Below are positions 1 to 8,503 of a stretch of DNA of 43,115 nt, piece by piece (positions within the stretch are counted from its first letter, which is position 1; each line of letters starts with the position of its first letter). The stretch comes from a virus. The DNA is taken from the IMG/VR virus record IMGVR_UViG_3300045988_183476; one strand, given 5' to 3'. Under the pieces are notes generated by a model. It ran no database searches. It saw only the letters and a list, made by a program, of their open reading frames with translations, and was not told where the DNA came from. The position numbers and the translations under genes were made by a program.

Positions 1-140
1 GAGGAATTATCTAAAATTCACTAAGCGTCAGTGGTGGGCGGAGAGAGATTGGTATCCCCCACTGACAAGAGACTTAAGCAACAGTCGGATTTTCCCGATA
101 TTCAGGCTCCGTTAAACTTACCGACTGTGGATTAAAACAA
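1..140 (+). ncRNA. R element, type 1, 3' part (continues 42977..43115 if the sequence is circular); putative structured RNA
   Basis: H1 GTCAGTGGTGGG/CCCCCACTGAC (27-66), H2 ACAGTCGG/CCGACTGT (81-128), tail GGATTAAAACAA (129-140); near-identical to 16561-16745; stops in all frames. Confidence 0.6.
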
Positions 141-158
141 AGAGTTTAGATAAAAAAA

Positions 159-213
159 TTTATACAGAAAAATCAGATAAGCAAGATTTCTGTCATACTA
201 TATAGGAAAGGAG
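159..213 (+). promoter_or_regulatory. P-module promoter P1 followed by SD-like GGAAAGGAGG
   Basis: TTATACAGAAAAA A-tract, -35-like TCAGAT (173-178), 17-nt spacer, -10 TACTAT (196-201); same module at 4011, 13211, 14794, 17888, 30884. Confidence 0.5.
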
Positions 214-231
214 GAAGTTTTATAAAAAAGC

Positions 232-396
232 AAGGATTCCCCTACCTCTTTAGGTTATGGGATGAATTGTAAAATTCGTGTAACGTCAGTAGTAGGCGGA
301 GAAACGGTATCCCCCACTGACATGAAGTGAAACCCCACCGGAAAAACATCGGCATTCAGTCTCCGCATAAAGGATACCAACTGAAGATTAAAACAA
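232..396 (+). ncRNA. R element, type 2 (diverged subtype), 5' leader of 477..1562
   Basis: Same order of H0/H1/CGGAG...CUCCGC/tail GATTAAAACAA (386-396) as type 1; H1 carries two G>A changes (285-296). Confidence 0.55.
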
Positions 397-476
397 AGAT
401 GATGGGAGATAAGAAAGGAGAGACAATAGAATTTCCCAATTACGAAAAATTATTTTAAAAGAAAAGGAGAAATCAA

Positions 477-1562
477 ATGAGTAAAAAGAAAATTTTGGCA
501 GGTATTTTATTAACAGTTATGGTACTGACAAGTGCAATTCCAGCTTTTGCAGCGGAAACTGTATGCACACATCCTGAAGAGGCATTGGATTGGGCATATC
601 CTTATAAAAAGAAACCAACTTGTCAGGAGACAGGGTTAACTGATGAAATTTGTACTATTTGTGGTGCAGTTGTACATGCTGATGTGGTAGTTCCTAAAGA
701 TGATCACTCTTACAATGTTGAGAGTGTAAAAAATTCTGTGATTACAGATGATGGAATTGATTATGGAACAATCACAAGTAAATGTAAATGGTGTGGAAAG
801 GAACGGGTGGATGAATTAACCAAAGATCCTGCGATTTGTGAGCATAATACACAGATGCAGTATACAGAAGGAAAAAATGCCACTTGTGAAGAAGACGGAT
901 ATACAAGCGATTTTATCTGTACAGACTGTGGGACCGTTATTAAAGGAGAAGTTACTTCTGCTTATGGACATCATTGGAATAACGGAGAAGTAACAAAAGC
1001 ACCAACAACATCATCTGCCGGAGAAAAAACATATACCTGTATCAATTGTAAAAAAACAAAAACAGAAGAGATTCCGAAGCTTACAGAGACAAGTAAGCCA
1101 TCCGAAAGCGGTAAAAATAATACTACAATTGTAAATCCTGCAAAATCGGTTGCAAAAGCTGGAACAAGATTTAGTGTTTCCGGTCAGGTTTACAAAGTGA
1201 CAAAAGCAGGCAAGGAAGTCAGCTTTATTCAGGCAAAGAAAAATGCAAAAAGAGTTGTGATTCCTGCAACTGTTAAAAGTAAAGGTGTTACATATAAGGT
1301 GACTTCTGTAGCGGCAAAAGCTGTAAAAAACAATAAAAAAGTGAAATCTGTAGTAATCGGAGCGAATGTTAAGCGTATCAGCAACAATGCATTTTACAAA
1401 TGCCCTGTATTAAAAACGGTAACCATCAAAACAGCAAAACTTACCAAAAAAACAGCAGGTAAGAAAGCGTTTACAAAAGTAAGTAAAAAGATGGTCATTA
1501 AAGCACCGAAGAAAATGAAAAAGTCATATGCAAGGATTTTTAGAGGATTAGCCATTAGATAG
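477..1562 (+). CDS. secreted/cell-surface protein: signal peptide, repeated CxxC(G) Cys-rich modules, C-terminal BspA-type leucine-rich repeats
   Basis: AAGGAG RBS 8 nt upstream; N-terminal KKK+hydrophobic+AFA signal; CTICG/CKWCG/CTDCG/CINC repeats; IPATV...ISNNAFYKCPVLKTVTI LRR_5-like. Confidence 0.85.
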   Translation: MSKKKILAGILLTVMVLTSAIPAFAAETVCTHPEEALDWAYPYKKKPTCQETGLTDEICTICGAVVHADVVVPKDDHSYNVESVKNSVITDDGIDYGTITSKCKWCGKERVDELTKDPAICEHNTQMQYTEGKNATCEEDGYTSDFICTDCGTVIKGEVTSAYGHHWNNGEVTKAPTTSSAGEKTYTCINCKKTKTEEIPKLTETSKPSESGKNNTTIVNPAKSVAKAGTRFSVSGQVYKVTKAGKEVSFIQAKKNAKRVVIPATVKSKGVTYKVTSVAAKAVKNNKKVKSVVIGANVKRISNNAFYKCPVLKTVTIKTAKLTKKTAGKKAFTKVSKKMVIKAPKKMKKSYARIFRGLAIR

Positions 1563-1624
1563 CTTATTTTAGCGAGGGATTAACGGTAAAATAAACATAG
1601 ATTTATAAAATCTTTCCTTTTAAG

Positions 1625-1660
1625 GCCCTCTTTCTCAGATAGAAAGAGGGCTTACATATT
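1625..1660 (+). terminator. putative intrinsic terminator
   Basis: 11-bp stem GCCCTCTTTCT/AGAAAGAGGGC, weak T tract. Confidence 0.5.
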
Positions 1661-1835
1661 AATAAAAAGAGTCAAAAGAGATAATCAAAGTGAACTACCC
1701 ACCACCTAAAGGTAGTGGACTTCTGTTAAATGGTTCACCAGACTAAGCATTCAGAAATGGATACTACGATATTTAGGTCATGATACCCTCGGTTGACGCA
1801 ACAGACCGTCGCTCTATCATACATATTTAACAAAA

Positions 1836-2015
1836 TAATATAAGGATTCCCCTTCCTCAACATCAGTAGGCAGGGGAGGAATTATCTAAAATTCACTAAG
1901 CGTCAGTGGTGGGCGGAGAAAGATTGGTATCCCCCACTGACAAGAGACTTAAGCAACAGTCAGATTTTCCCGATATTCAGGCTCCGTTAAACTTACCGAC
2001 TGTGGATTAAAACAA
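1836..2015 (+). ncRNA. R element, type 1, full length
   Basis: AATATAAGGATTCCCC...GATTAAAACAA; one mismatch in H2 (ACAGTCAG). Confidence 0.6.
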
Positions 2016-2386
2016 TTGTATCAATGTGTCCGAGTGATCCAGCAGCATATCCGACTTATGGCGGTTGGGAACCAGCACATTTAGGAACGCTTACAAGTTC
2101 GAAGAAAGCAACAAAGACTTATGTGAATGAGACAAACTGGAAAACTATCCATACAGAGTATCTTTATAAAACCAGGAAGAAAAATTCTAAAACTATGTAT
2201 ATAAAGTATAAAAGAACTCATCTGCGTAAATATAGGATGCATTACAAAAAGAATTCCAAAAAATATACTAAAGATGAGCAAAATAAGGTTATTCTTACAA
2301 AGAATGGCTCTTCTTATAAAAAACCAAAAAGTCCTTATAAAAAATGGTGATCTATGTCAATGATATAAAGATAAGGAAGTGATAAG

Positions 2387-2539
2387 ATGAGAAATCCATG
2401 CGGAATATGTATGGAAAAGGATCGTTGTCAGGGGATGAATCAACCCTGCAGGCAGAAAAAATTTTTCGAACAATTAAAAAAAGAAGATTTGCAATCGAGC
2501 GGTAAATCAAAAAAGTATTTGGAAAGAACACGATTCTAA
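2387..2539 (+). CDS. small Cys-rich protein (50 aa), hypothetical
   Basis: AAGGAAGTG RBS; MRNPCGICMEKDRCQGMNQPC...; followed by terminator at 2592. Confidence 0.4.
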   Translation: MRNPCGICMEKDRCQGMNQPCRQKKFFEQLKKEDLQSSGKSKKYLERTRF

Positions 2540-2591
2540 GAAATATAATGGCGATAATATTTTTTTATACTACTGCAATGCTTAACCCTTT

Positions 2592-2627
2592 AGTCCTGAA
2601 AAAAGTTGTCTTTTCAGGACTTTTTGT
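2592..2627 (+). terminator. intrinsic terminator
   Basis: AGTCCTGAAAA/TTTTCAGGACT stem followed by TTTTTGTT. Confidence 0.7.
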
Positions 2628-2642
2628 TATTGTTTTGCTTGT

Positions 2643-2709
2643 TCTATCATTATATATCTGAGATAAATTGTTGACGAAAAGGAGGTTAAAATATCGAGTC
2701 AAAATCTCA
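2643..2709 (+). promoter_or_regulatory. leader module a: -10-like CTATCATTATAT plus 5' hairpin with GAAAAGGAGG loop
   Basis: lower stem TGAGAT/ATCTCA, upper TTGAC/GTCAA, loop GAAAAGGAGGTTAAAA. Confidence 0.55.
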
Positions 2710-2736
2710 ATTATATAATAAATGGAGGAATTTATC

Positions 2737-3591
2737 ATGACAATTTATTTAAGTACAGTAAGAACTTTATTTATGTATGTTAATATTATCTTTTTTACTA
2801 TTTATATCTGGTATTGTGGCTACTGTAAAGTTTTTTTACGAGAGCAAATTGATGACCAAAGAAATAGTTGTAAATGGATTCATGAAAAGATTAAAGGGGT
2901 AGAAGAGAAGAAATGGTTATGTAGTGCTTGGCTTAATATTGCGGTATATGTTGTGGCATTATATTATAATGATTTGCAGATGAGGACAACAACATGGTTT
3001 TTCTTTTCTGGTATTCTCTTTGCTTACTGTGAAACGGAAAGCTTCAAAGAATTTTCAAATGAACTTAAAATGACAATTCATACTACCATTATGGTATCTA
3101 TAATCATGTTTTGTAGTGCCAATGATATTGTAACATATATAAGTAATCAGACCGGAATTCTATTTTTAATGGGGCTTAGATATATTTTTATAAAAATATA
3201 TCAACGCATGAAAATAGAATATATGGAATATACCGATTTAATAATTGCTCTTGTTTGGACAGGTTTTCTTTTAATCTTTATTCAAAAATTTTTCTTTAAT
3301 CCAGAATTATATTTACTTGTGGCCACTTGTATAATCTTTATGCTTAAAGATCATATAATTCGTACATTTTCGAAATACACTGCTTATAAAGCAACTTCGT
3401 TTATGCTTATAGAAGCACTTATACTAACAATTGGAATATATGGAGGATATCATTTATTAAGTATAGGGATAAATCCATATTTTTGGATAGCAGTATGTAT
3501 TATTGCCGAATATTCTCTCTTTCTTTGGGAAACGTATTATTTTATTTGCATAATAAAAAATCAGAAGCTGAATAAAACCACTATCGGGTAA
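2737..3591 (+). CDS. polytopic integral membrane protein, unknown function
   Basis: GGAGG 8 nt upstream of the ATG at 2737 (the ATG at 2722 lies inside the SD); multiple long hydrophobic segments. Confidence 0.8.
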   Translation: MTIYLSTVRTLFMYVNIIFFTIYIWYCGYCKVFLREQIDDQRNSCKWIHEKIKGVEEKKWLCSAWLNIAVYVVALYYNDLQMRTTTWFFFSGILFAYCETESFKEFSNELKMTIHTTIMVSIIMFCSANDIVTYISNQTGILFLMGLRYIFIKIYQRMKIEYMEYTDLIIALVWTGFLLIFIQKFFFNPELYLLVATCIIFMLKDHIIRTFSKYTAYKATSFMLIEALILTIGIYGGYHLLSIGINPYFWIAVCIIAEYSLFLWETYYFICIIKNQKLNKTTIG

Positions 3592-3600
3592 GAGAGACAT

Positions 3601-3756
3601 ATGAAATATATTGGAATAATTATTAAAAATATAAGAAATTTTATCAGAAATTTATGCTCAGAAGATTCTCCAATGGAAGATATAAAGAGAAATTTTTGTA
3701 AATATTCTAAAATCAAGAGAGAGTTTGACTCCAAAAAATTACATAGAAATTTTTAA
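3601..3756 (+). CDS. small basic hypothetical protein (51 aa)
   Basis: ORF read by eye, weak RBS, followed by terminator. Confidence 0.3.
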   Translation: MKYIGIIIKNIRNFIRNLCSEDSPMEDIKRNFCKYSKIKREFDSKKLHRNF

Positions 3757-3765
3757 ATGTAATTG

Positions 3766-3798
3766 AAAATCCCGTCATTTGTGGCGGGATTTTTTTCT
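3766..3798 (+). terminator. intrinsic terminator
   Basis: ATCCCG/CGGGAT stem followed by TTTTTTTC. Confidence 0.65.
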
Positions 3799-3891
3799 AT
3801 TTTTTATTTCTCCAGTAAAACAATCATATTAATAATGCCACAATAATTGTTTTATTTTACCGTTTAGGAAATGACGGAGAAAGGAGATTTT

Positions 3892-4004
3892 ATGAGAAAA
3901 AAAATCCATTCATTGCCATCTTATTAACCTTTGTTTTATGTGCTGGAGTTTCTTCTTTAACAAAAAATCTTTTCATAAAATCCGACCGACTGGTAAGAAA
4001 TTAG
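3892..4004 (+). pseudogene. 5' remnant of a lipoprotein/secreted-protein gene, frameshifted in an A8 tract and cut off by repeat modules
   Basis: GGAGA RBS, ATG 3892; adding one A gives MRKKNPFIAILLTFVLCAGVSS (signal/lipobox-like), then runs into the module shared with 30840-30883. Confidence 0.35.
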
Positions 4005-4010
4005 AAATAC

Positions 4011-4070
4011 TTATACAGAAAAATCGAACCAGCCAAATTCCTGACATACTATATATGAAAGGTAGAAGGA
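4011..4070 (+). promoter_or_regulatory. P-module promoter P2
   Basis: TTATACAGAAAAATCGAAC...CATACTATATA, degenerate SD-like GAAAGGTAGAAGG. Confidence 0.45.
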
Positions 4071-4083
4071 TTTTATAAAAAGC

Positions 4084-4249
4084 AAGGATTCTCCTGCCTC
4101 TTTAAGTTGTAGGATGAATTGTAAAATTCATGTAACGTCAGTGGTGGGCGGAGAAGTTGTATCCCCCACTGACAGGAAGTGAAACCCTGCCGGAAGAAAT
4201 GCCGGCATTCAGCCTCCGCATAAAGGATACCGGCTGTAGATTAAAACAA
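4084..4249 (+). ncRNA. R element, type 2, 5' leader of 4305..5270
   Basis: H1 intact, GCGGAG/CUCCGC complementarity, GCCGG/CCGGC helices, tail GATTAAAACAA 4239-4249. Confidence 0.6.
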
Positions 4250-4304
4250 TTTTTATTGATGACAACGATATACCACTTTGATTCATTACTTTGGAGGAAT
4301 TGTT

Positions 4305-5270
4305 ATGGAAAGAGAAAAAATTAAGCTTTCTTTATTTTATCTTATGTTATGCCTCATTATTCTTTTATGTCTGAGTAATAAGGTAATCGCGAAAGAAAAT
4401 ACACCAAATTCTTATAATATACCAACGGATTGCTATTTGAAGGTTACTCCACGAAAGAAAAAAACTGTGTTAACACAATCTTCTACGCCGCAGATTACTG
4501 TCAAGAAGACGACAAAAGTTACAACAAAAAAAGAAAGAATGAAGAAAACGGCAAAGAAAAATTTTTCAAAAACTACAACAAAGACGCGAAAAAGGAAAAA
4601 GGTATCTAAAAATGTTACAGTCTCTACTGTAGTAGAAACGGTAACTGTTACGACAACAAAAATATTGAAAAAAAAAGGCTCTAAGATTAGAACAGTTGTA
4701 AGAAAGACTGTAACAACTGTAAAAACAACTAAAACTACAATAGCTACCAGCAATAATTCTATAAATATAAATAGTTTAGACAGAGGATTTATGATTTCAA
4801 AATTCAGTGATATAAAAGGGCATGTGAATCCTAAAGTTTATAATGCATTTGATGAACTGGGATTTACTTTTAAAATTGATTCACAATTAAAAACAACTGG
4901 AGTATTCAGTATTCAAAATCACTGGATAAAATTAAAAAATGGAAGGTCGGCTTATCTTCTTCATGAGTTGGGACATTTTGTATCTTGTTTGAAAGGAAAA
5001 AATGGCTCAAAAATAGATACATCTTCTGAGTTTGTGCGTATCTATAATACAGAGAAAAATAATTATGTTGGTTATAACAAGGGATATGTGACAAGAACTT
5101 CTTCTGAATTTTTTGCGGAGGCTTTTCGTGATTATACGGACAATCCTATTATTTTAAAAAAATGTTGCCCGCAGACATATGCTTATATGGAGAAAATGGT
5201 AAATTCAATCTCGGCAAATGATATAGTTAATTTCCGGAATAGATATGGATGGTGTTGGACGAAAAATTAG
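4305..5270 (+). CDS. secreted zinc metalloprotease, M34/ATLF-like (Pro-Pro endopeptidase-like) with K/T-rich low-complexity linker
   Basis: GGAGG RBS; N-terminal TM/signal; HELGH followed by SSEFFAEAFRDY (HExxH + E..FAEAF signature). Confidence 0.8.
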   Translation: MEREKIKLSLFYLMLCLIILLCLSNKVIAKENTPNSYNIPTDCYLKVTPRKKKTVLTQSSTPQITVKKTTKVTTKKERMKKTAKKNFSKTTTKTRKRKKVSKNVTVSTVVETVTVTTTKILKKKGSKIRTVVRKTVTTVKTTKTTIATSNNSININSLDRGFMISKFSDIKGHVNPKVYNAFDELGFTFKIDSQLKTTGVFSIQNHWIKLKNGRSAYLLHELGHFVSCLKGKNGSKIDTSSEFVRIYNTEKNNYVGYNKGYVTRTSSEFFAEAFRDYTDNPIILKKCCPQTYAYMEKMVNSISANDIVNFRNRYGWCWTKN

Positions 5271-5296
5271 AAATTTGTTAACAGAAAATCTTTTTC

Positions 5297-5470
5297 GTGT
5301 TAGATAAAAGGGATTTTTCCAGAGAAGAATTGGATGCAGCATATAAAAAGTTGGAAGATGATCTGATGAACGATAGGATTACTCCTGATGAACATATTAC
5401 AAGATATAATACCCTTATGAAATTAGAAAATCAACCATTTGGACCTCCTCAGTTACATGAACATATTTAA
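5297..5470 (+). pseudogene. start-less C-terminal gene remnant (57 codons) directly after a repeat module
   Basis: Open frame ...DKRDFSREELDAAYKKLEDDLMNDRITPDEH...; no SD; the only possible start is a GTG inside the shared module 5276-5305 (= 6735-6765). Confidence 0.3.
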
Positions 5471-5510
5471 CATCTCGTTGTCTGTGGCTGAATACTTTCT
5501 AAAAATATTT

Positions 5511-5555
5511 TCCACAGAAAAACGGGTTGTATTAATTAATATATCATACTTTCTA
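5511..5555 (+). promoter_or_regulatory. P-module-like promoter (P8)
   Basis: CCACAGAAAAAC...ATATCATACTTT; -35 not clear. Confidence 0.3.
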
Positions 5556-5586
5556 TAGAAGAAAATTTTTGATTCTTATTATTTTT

Positions 5587-5760
5587 CTTCAACATCAGTA
5601 GGTAGGGGAGGAATTATCTAAAATTCACTAAGCGTCAGTGGCGGGCGGAGAGAGATTGGTATCCCCCACTGACAAGAGACTTAAGCAACAGTCGGATTTT
5701 CCCGATATTCAGGCTTCGTTAAACTTACCGACTGTGGATTAAAACAATGATTAAAACAAT
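5587..5760 (+). ncRNA. R element, type 1, 5'-truncated, with tandemly duplicated tail
   Basis: Starts at CTTCAACATCAG; bulge T>C in H1; CUCCG>CUUCG (5716); GATTAAAACAAT twice (5737-5748, 5749-5760). Confidence 0.6.
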
Positions 5761-5866
5761 CGCAATAAACAGAGGCTTAAGGTTGCCAATCAACGAAAAG
5801 ACTTTCTGTATAAGCAGTCAAGACAGATAACCAATGCTTATGATCGAATTTGAAAGGGGGGATACT

Positions 5867-6718
5867 ATGAAAAAATTTGATACATATATAGTTAACAAAA
5901 TTTTTACAGTACCGTATTTGGATAGAATGATAAGCGAAGATAGTATTCCCGACTCTTTTTTTGAGTGCGTAAGGAGATATGTAAAAACGGATGATGCAAC
6001 GATTGGTGAAGCAATAAGCGAAATATATCATTTCATGAATTATGAATATAGAAATGAGTATTATTATAAAAATACAATACTTAACCAGTTGCTTATAAAA
6101 AAACATGATTTGTATAATGCAGCTGCACTTACTGAATTGCCTATTGGTAATTCAAAAGCAGATTTTATTATGATTAATGATCGTGGAGTAGTATACGAAA
6201 TAAAAACAGATTTAGATAATCTAATTCGATTAGAGAATCAGCTAAAAGATTATTATAAAGTATTTAGTTATATTTATGTTGTGGTTGGAAATAAACAATT
6301 ACCACATGTAAAAGAATTTTTAAAAGATCAAAAAGTTGGAATATATGAACTAACTGCAAGTGGAAGACTGATTTGTAGAAAAAAAGCTTTTTATAATAGA
6401 GATAATCTGTCATATGGAGCAATGTTCCAAGTGTTACGTAAAGCGGAATTTGAATCTATTATATTGAAACATTTTCATAGGTTACCAGAGGTTAATAGCT
6501 TTCAATATTATAGAGAATGTAAAAAATGGTTGGAGCGTATAAATATTGTTACATTGCAAAAAGATGTGATGAAATGTTTAAAAGCAAGAACATTGATGTT
6601 GATAGAGAATAAATTAGAAGAAAAGGTTCCGTATGAATTAAGGTTTTATGCATACTTTTCAAAAAAAATCGGCACTAATTATCAAGACATAGATAAATTA
6701 TGGAATGCAAGAATGTAG
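5867..6718 (+). CDS. sce7726/MmcB-like PD-(D/E)xK nuclease-fold protein
   Basis: AAAGGGGGG RBS before the ATG at 5867; ELPIGNSKADFIMINDRGVVYEIKTDLDNLIRLENQLKDYYKVFSYIYVVV (D...EIK core + RL..Q..Y). Confidence 0.75.
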   Translation: MKKFDTYIVNKIFTVPYLDRMISEDSIPDSFFECVRRYVKTDDATIGEAISEIYHFMNYEYRNEYYYKNTILNQLLIKKHDLYNAAALTELPIGNSKADFIMINDRGVVYEIKTDLDNLIRLENQLKDYYKVFSYIYVVVGNKQLPHVKEFLKDQKVGIYELTASGRLICRKKAFYNRDNLSYGAMFQVLRKAEFESIILKHFHRLPEVNSFQYYRECKKWLERINIVTLQKDVMKCLKARTLMLIENKLEEKVPYELRFYAYFSKKIGTNYQDIDKLWNARM

Positions 6719-6830
6719 GGAAGGGGCATGTATTTTGTTAACAGAAAATCTTTTTCGTGTTAGATAAAAAATAATTCTATAGAAAAATTAAATACATGAG
6801 ATTTCTTCCATAGATATGAAGAGAAATATT

Positions 6831-6875
6831 AGCATTCAGTCTCCGCATAATAGATACCGGCTGGAAATCAAAACA
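6831..6875 (+). repeat. R element type 2 3' fragment (preceded by degenerate P module 6775-6818)
   Basis: GCATTCAGTCTCCGCATAATAGATACCGGCTGGAAATCAAAACA. Confidence 0.6.
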
Positions 6876-6876
6876 T

Positions 6877-7083
6877 ATTGGTGTTGGAGTTACCTGTGGG
6901 GACAGAGTGATCCTTAAGGATGAACACGAACTTCATTCATTTATCTGCAGCTTTACTGGAACAAGTGTCTACTTGGTGGATAAAAACGGCTGCTATGTAT
7001 CACAGCCCGGAAAAACATATAAACAATGGCCATTATTAAAACTGAAACGGTTACATCCCAATGGTAACTGGCTAATGGCATAA
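6877..7083 (+). pseudogene. start-less ORF remnant abutting the R tail
   Basis: 68 open codons (IGVGVTCGDRVILKDEHEL...NGNWLMA), higher GC than flanks, no ATG/RBS. Confidence 0.3.
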
Positions 7084-7168
7084 ATAGTGATTCCTCTCTC
7101 CGCCTGTAGAGGCGGGAGACTTCTCGCTAGTTGAGTTAAACAAAAAAAGTAGGATACATGAGGTGTAT

Positions 7169-8134
7169 ATGAGAAATTTATATTCTGTTAGGATCATAAG
7201 AAAAGAAAGCCAAGCTGTTCAGGCGGTGTATATTGAAGAGTTCTGGAAATTTTGCGGAGTTTACACCAGTGAATATATTACAAAATATTCCGATACTATG
7301 CTAGATGAAGATATAGTTGATTGCAATATCATTTTGGATGAAGATGCTGCGTGTTTAAGCAAGCTTAAAGCAAGGTTCTCTGTAATGTTTTCTGATTTAC
7401 AAAGATATTCGGACTTGTCTGGCAGGGATAAAAGAAAGAGACTTGGATGGAAGATAGAGAGGGAATTACTATCAAAGATAGCAGAGCTTTTTGAATGGGA
7501 TAAAGAGTACATACAAGATTTCAAAAAGATATGCAAGGCATTTGTAGGATCAGATTTTGCTTATAATAATTATCTAACGCATTTGTTTTTAGATCAGTTT
7601 AGCGATGATATGAAACTTATGCAGATAGATATTCTAAATGGATGTATGGATATGATATATACAGAAGGGGCAAAGCTGAAGGGGAGTTCGTATCGAAAGT
7701 TTGCTTATCTGAATTGTATGAGGAAGATTAACAGAATTTGTTTATCAAAAGAAACTAGAAGAATTTTTGATGATGGAATTATAATGAAAGTGGCACATCA
7801 ATTATCTGTTGAAGATGAAGCATTTTCTATGGGGAATGTACTTGCAAGTCTGGTTGGTTTAAGCAGAAGAAAGTTTTGGAATCAGGGACAGTTATATATG
7901 CAAGAGGTATTGGATAAAGAAGGGGATAATAAGTACAGCGCTTTTGTTTATTACGCGTTAGCACATTTCCTTGAAGTGGAAGAAAAGGATGAACAGGAAG
8001 CATGGAAGTTATATCATCATATGGGGAAGATAGCCCCCCAAAGTTATCGTATGCTTTTTAAACGTGCAACGGAGTTATTCCATCAGAAGAAAAGTCCAGA
8101 CTGGTGTAATGAGTTTTTCAGATTTATAAGTTGA
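7169..8134 (+). CDS. hypothetical protein (about 321 aa), helical
   Basis: GAGG 5 nt upstream of the ATG at 7169; long ORF. Confidence 0.75.
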   Translation: MRNLYSVRIIRKESQAVQAVYIEEFWKFCGVYTSEYITKYSDTMLDEDIVDCNIILDEDAACLSKLKARFSVMFSDLQRYSDLSGRDKRKRLGWKIERELLSKIAELFEWDKEYIQDFKKICKAFVGSDFAYNNYLTHLFLDQFSDDMKLMQIDILNGCMDMIYTEGAKLKGSSYRKFAYLNCMRKINRICLSKETRRIFDDGIIMKVAHQLSVEDEAFSMGNVLASLVGLSRRKFWNQGQLYMQEVLDKEGDNKYSAFVYYALAHFLEVEEKDEQEAWKLYHHMGKIAPQSYRMLFKRATELFHQKKSPDWCNEFFRFIS

Positions 8135-8385
8135 TGAAGGAGAAAGAGGCAAAAGGTTGGATTCAACCATTAGAGTTAGAGTATTATTATAAATGTGCCA
8201 AAATATTGAATAGAATTCCAGCAGACATATCTGAGGGAATTGGAATAAAGCATATAGAAGAAAAGGATATAGAAGAAATAAAGAGTGATAAGTTTATAAA
8301 TAGTAATTTTATGAAGAATTTTATTTTTGATAATAATTTGAGAGCTATATATATAAAATATTTCCAAGCAAAAATGGAAACATAA
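8134..8385 (+). CDS. hypothetical protein (83 aa)
   Basis: ATG overlaps upstream stop (TGATG), translational coupling. Confidence 0.5.
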   Translation: MKEKEAKGWIQPLELEYYYKCAKILNRIPADISEGIGIKHIEEKDIEEIKSDKFINSNFMKNFIFDNNLRAIYIKYFQAKMET

Positions 8386-8503
8386 TTTTTATTCTTCTGG
8401 TAATCAACCATACTAATAGTGAACATATTTAAAGACGAATGGAGTGTAATTACATATCTGTTTGTCTTTTTTTGTGTAATTCAACAAAAAAGGAGGAATA
8501 AAA

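Noticed and set aside
1688-1745. tRNA-like hairpins (GTGAAC...GTTCAC enclosing CCACCACC/GGTAGTGG)
   Set aside because: There is no cloverleaf, no T-loop GTTCRANNC and no acceptor stem or CCA context. The adjacent 1747-1775 looks like a decayed R fragment, so this is probably repeat debris.
2024-2350. 108-aa Lys-rich ORF starting 9 nt after the R tail
   Set aside because: There is no RBS, the composition is low-complexity K-rich, and the frame is already open inside the repeat (from 1991). It is more likely a remnant or a chance ORF than a gene, although it fits the pattern of start-less ORFs after R tails.
4433-4753. Antisense ORFs on the minus strand. These include 2081-2281, 4433-4753, 4906-5094, 5777-6106, 7261-7536, 8176-8775, 9609-10561, 11064-12247, 14508-15165, 15380-15628, 16029-16229, 19677-20262, 20605-20808, 21942-22555, 23241-23573, 24408-24647, 29048-29275, 30572-30823, 34362-34550, 34736-35065, 36169-36990, 37860-38072, 38628-38810, 39063-39281, 39887-40126, 41393-41578, 41766-42100 and 42734-42931. 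Plus-strand shadows occur at 17174-17461, 26242-26535, 27786-28022 and 28005-28199.
   Set aside because: They lie entirely within better-supported genes on the opposite strand, lack RBSs, and have the F/L/I/S-rich composition typical of shadow frames in AT-rich DNA.
7087-7147. Possible third, short R subtype (GATTCCTCTCTCCGCC hairpin ... GAGTTAAACAAAAAAAG)
   Set aside because: Only loose resemblance at the two ends, in a single copy, with no H1 and no CGGAG/CUCCG pair.
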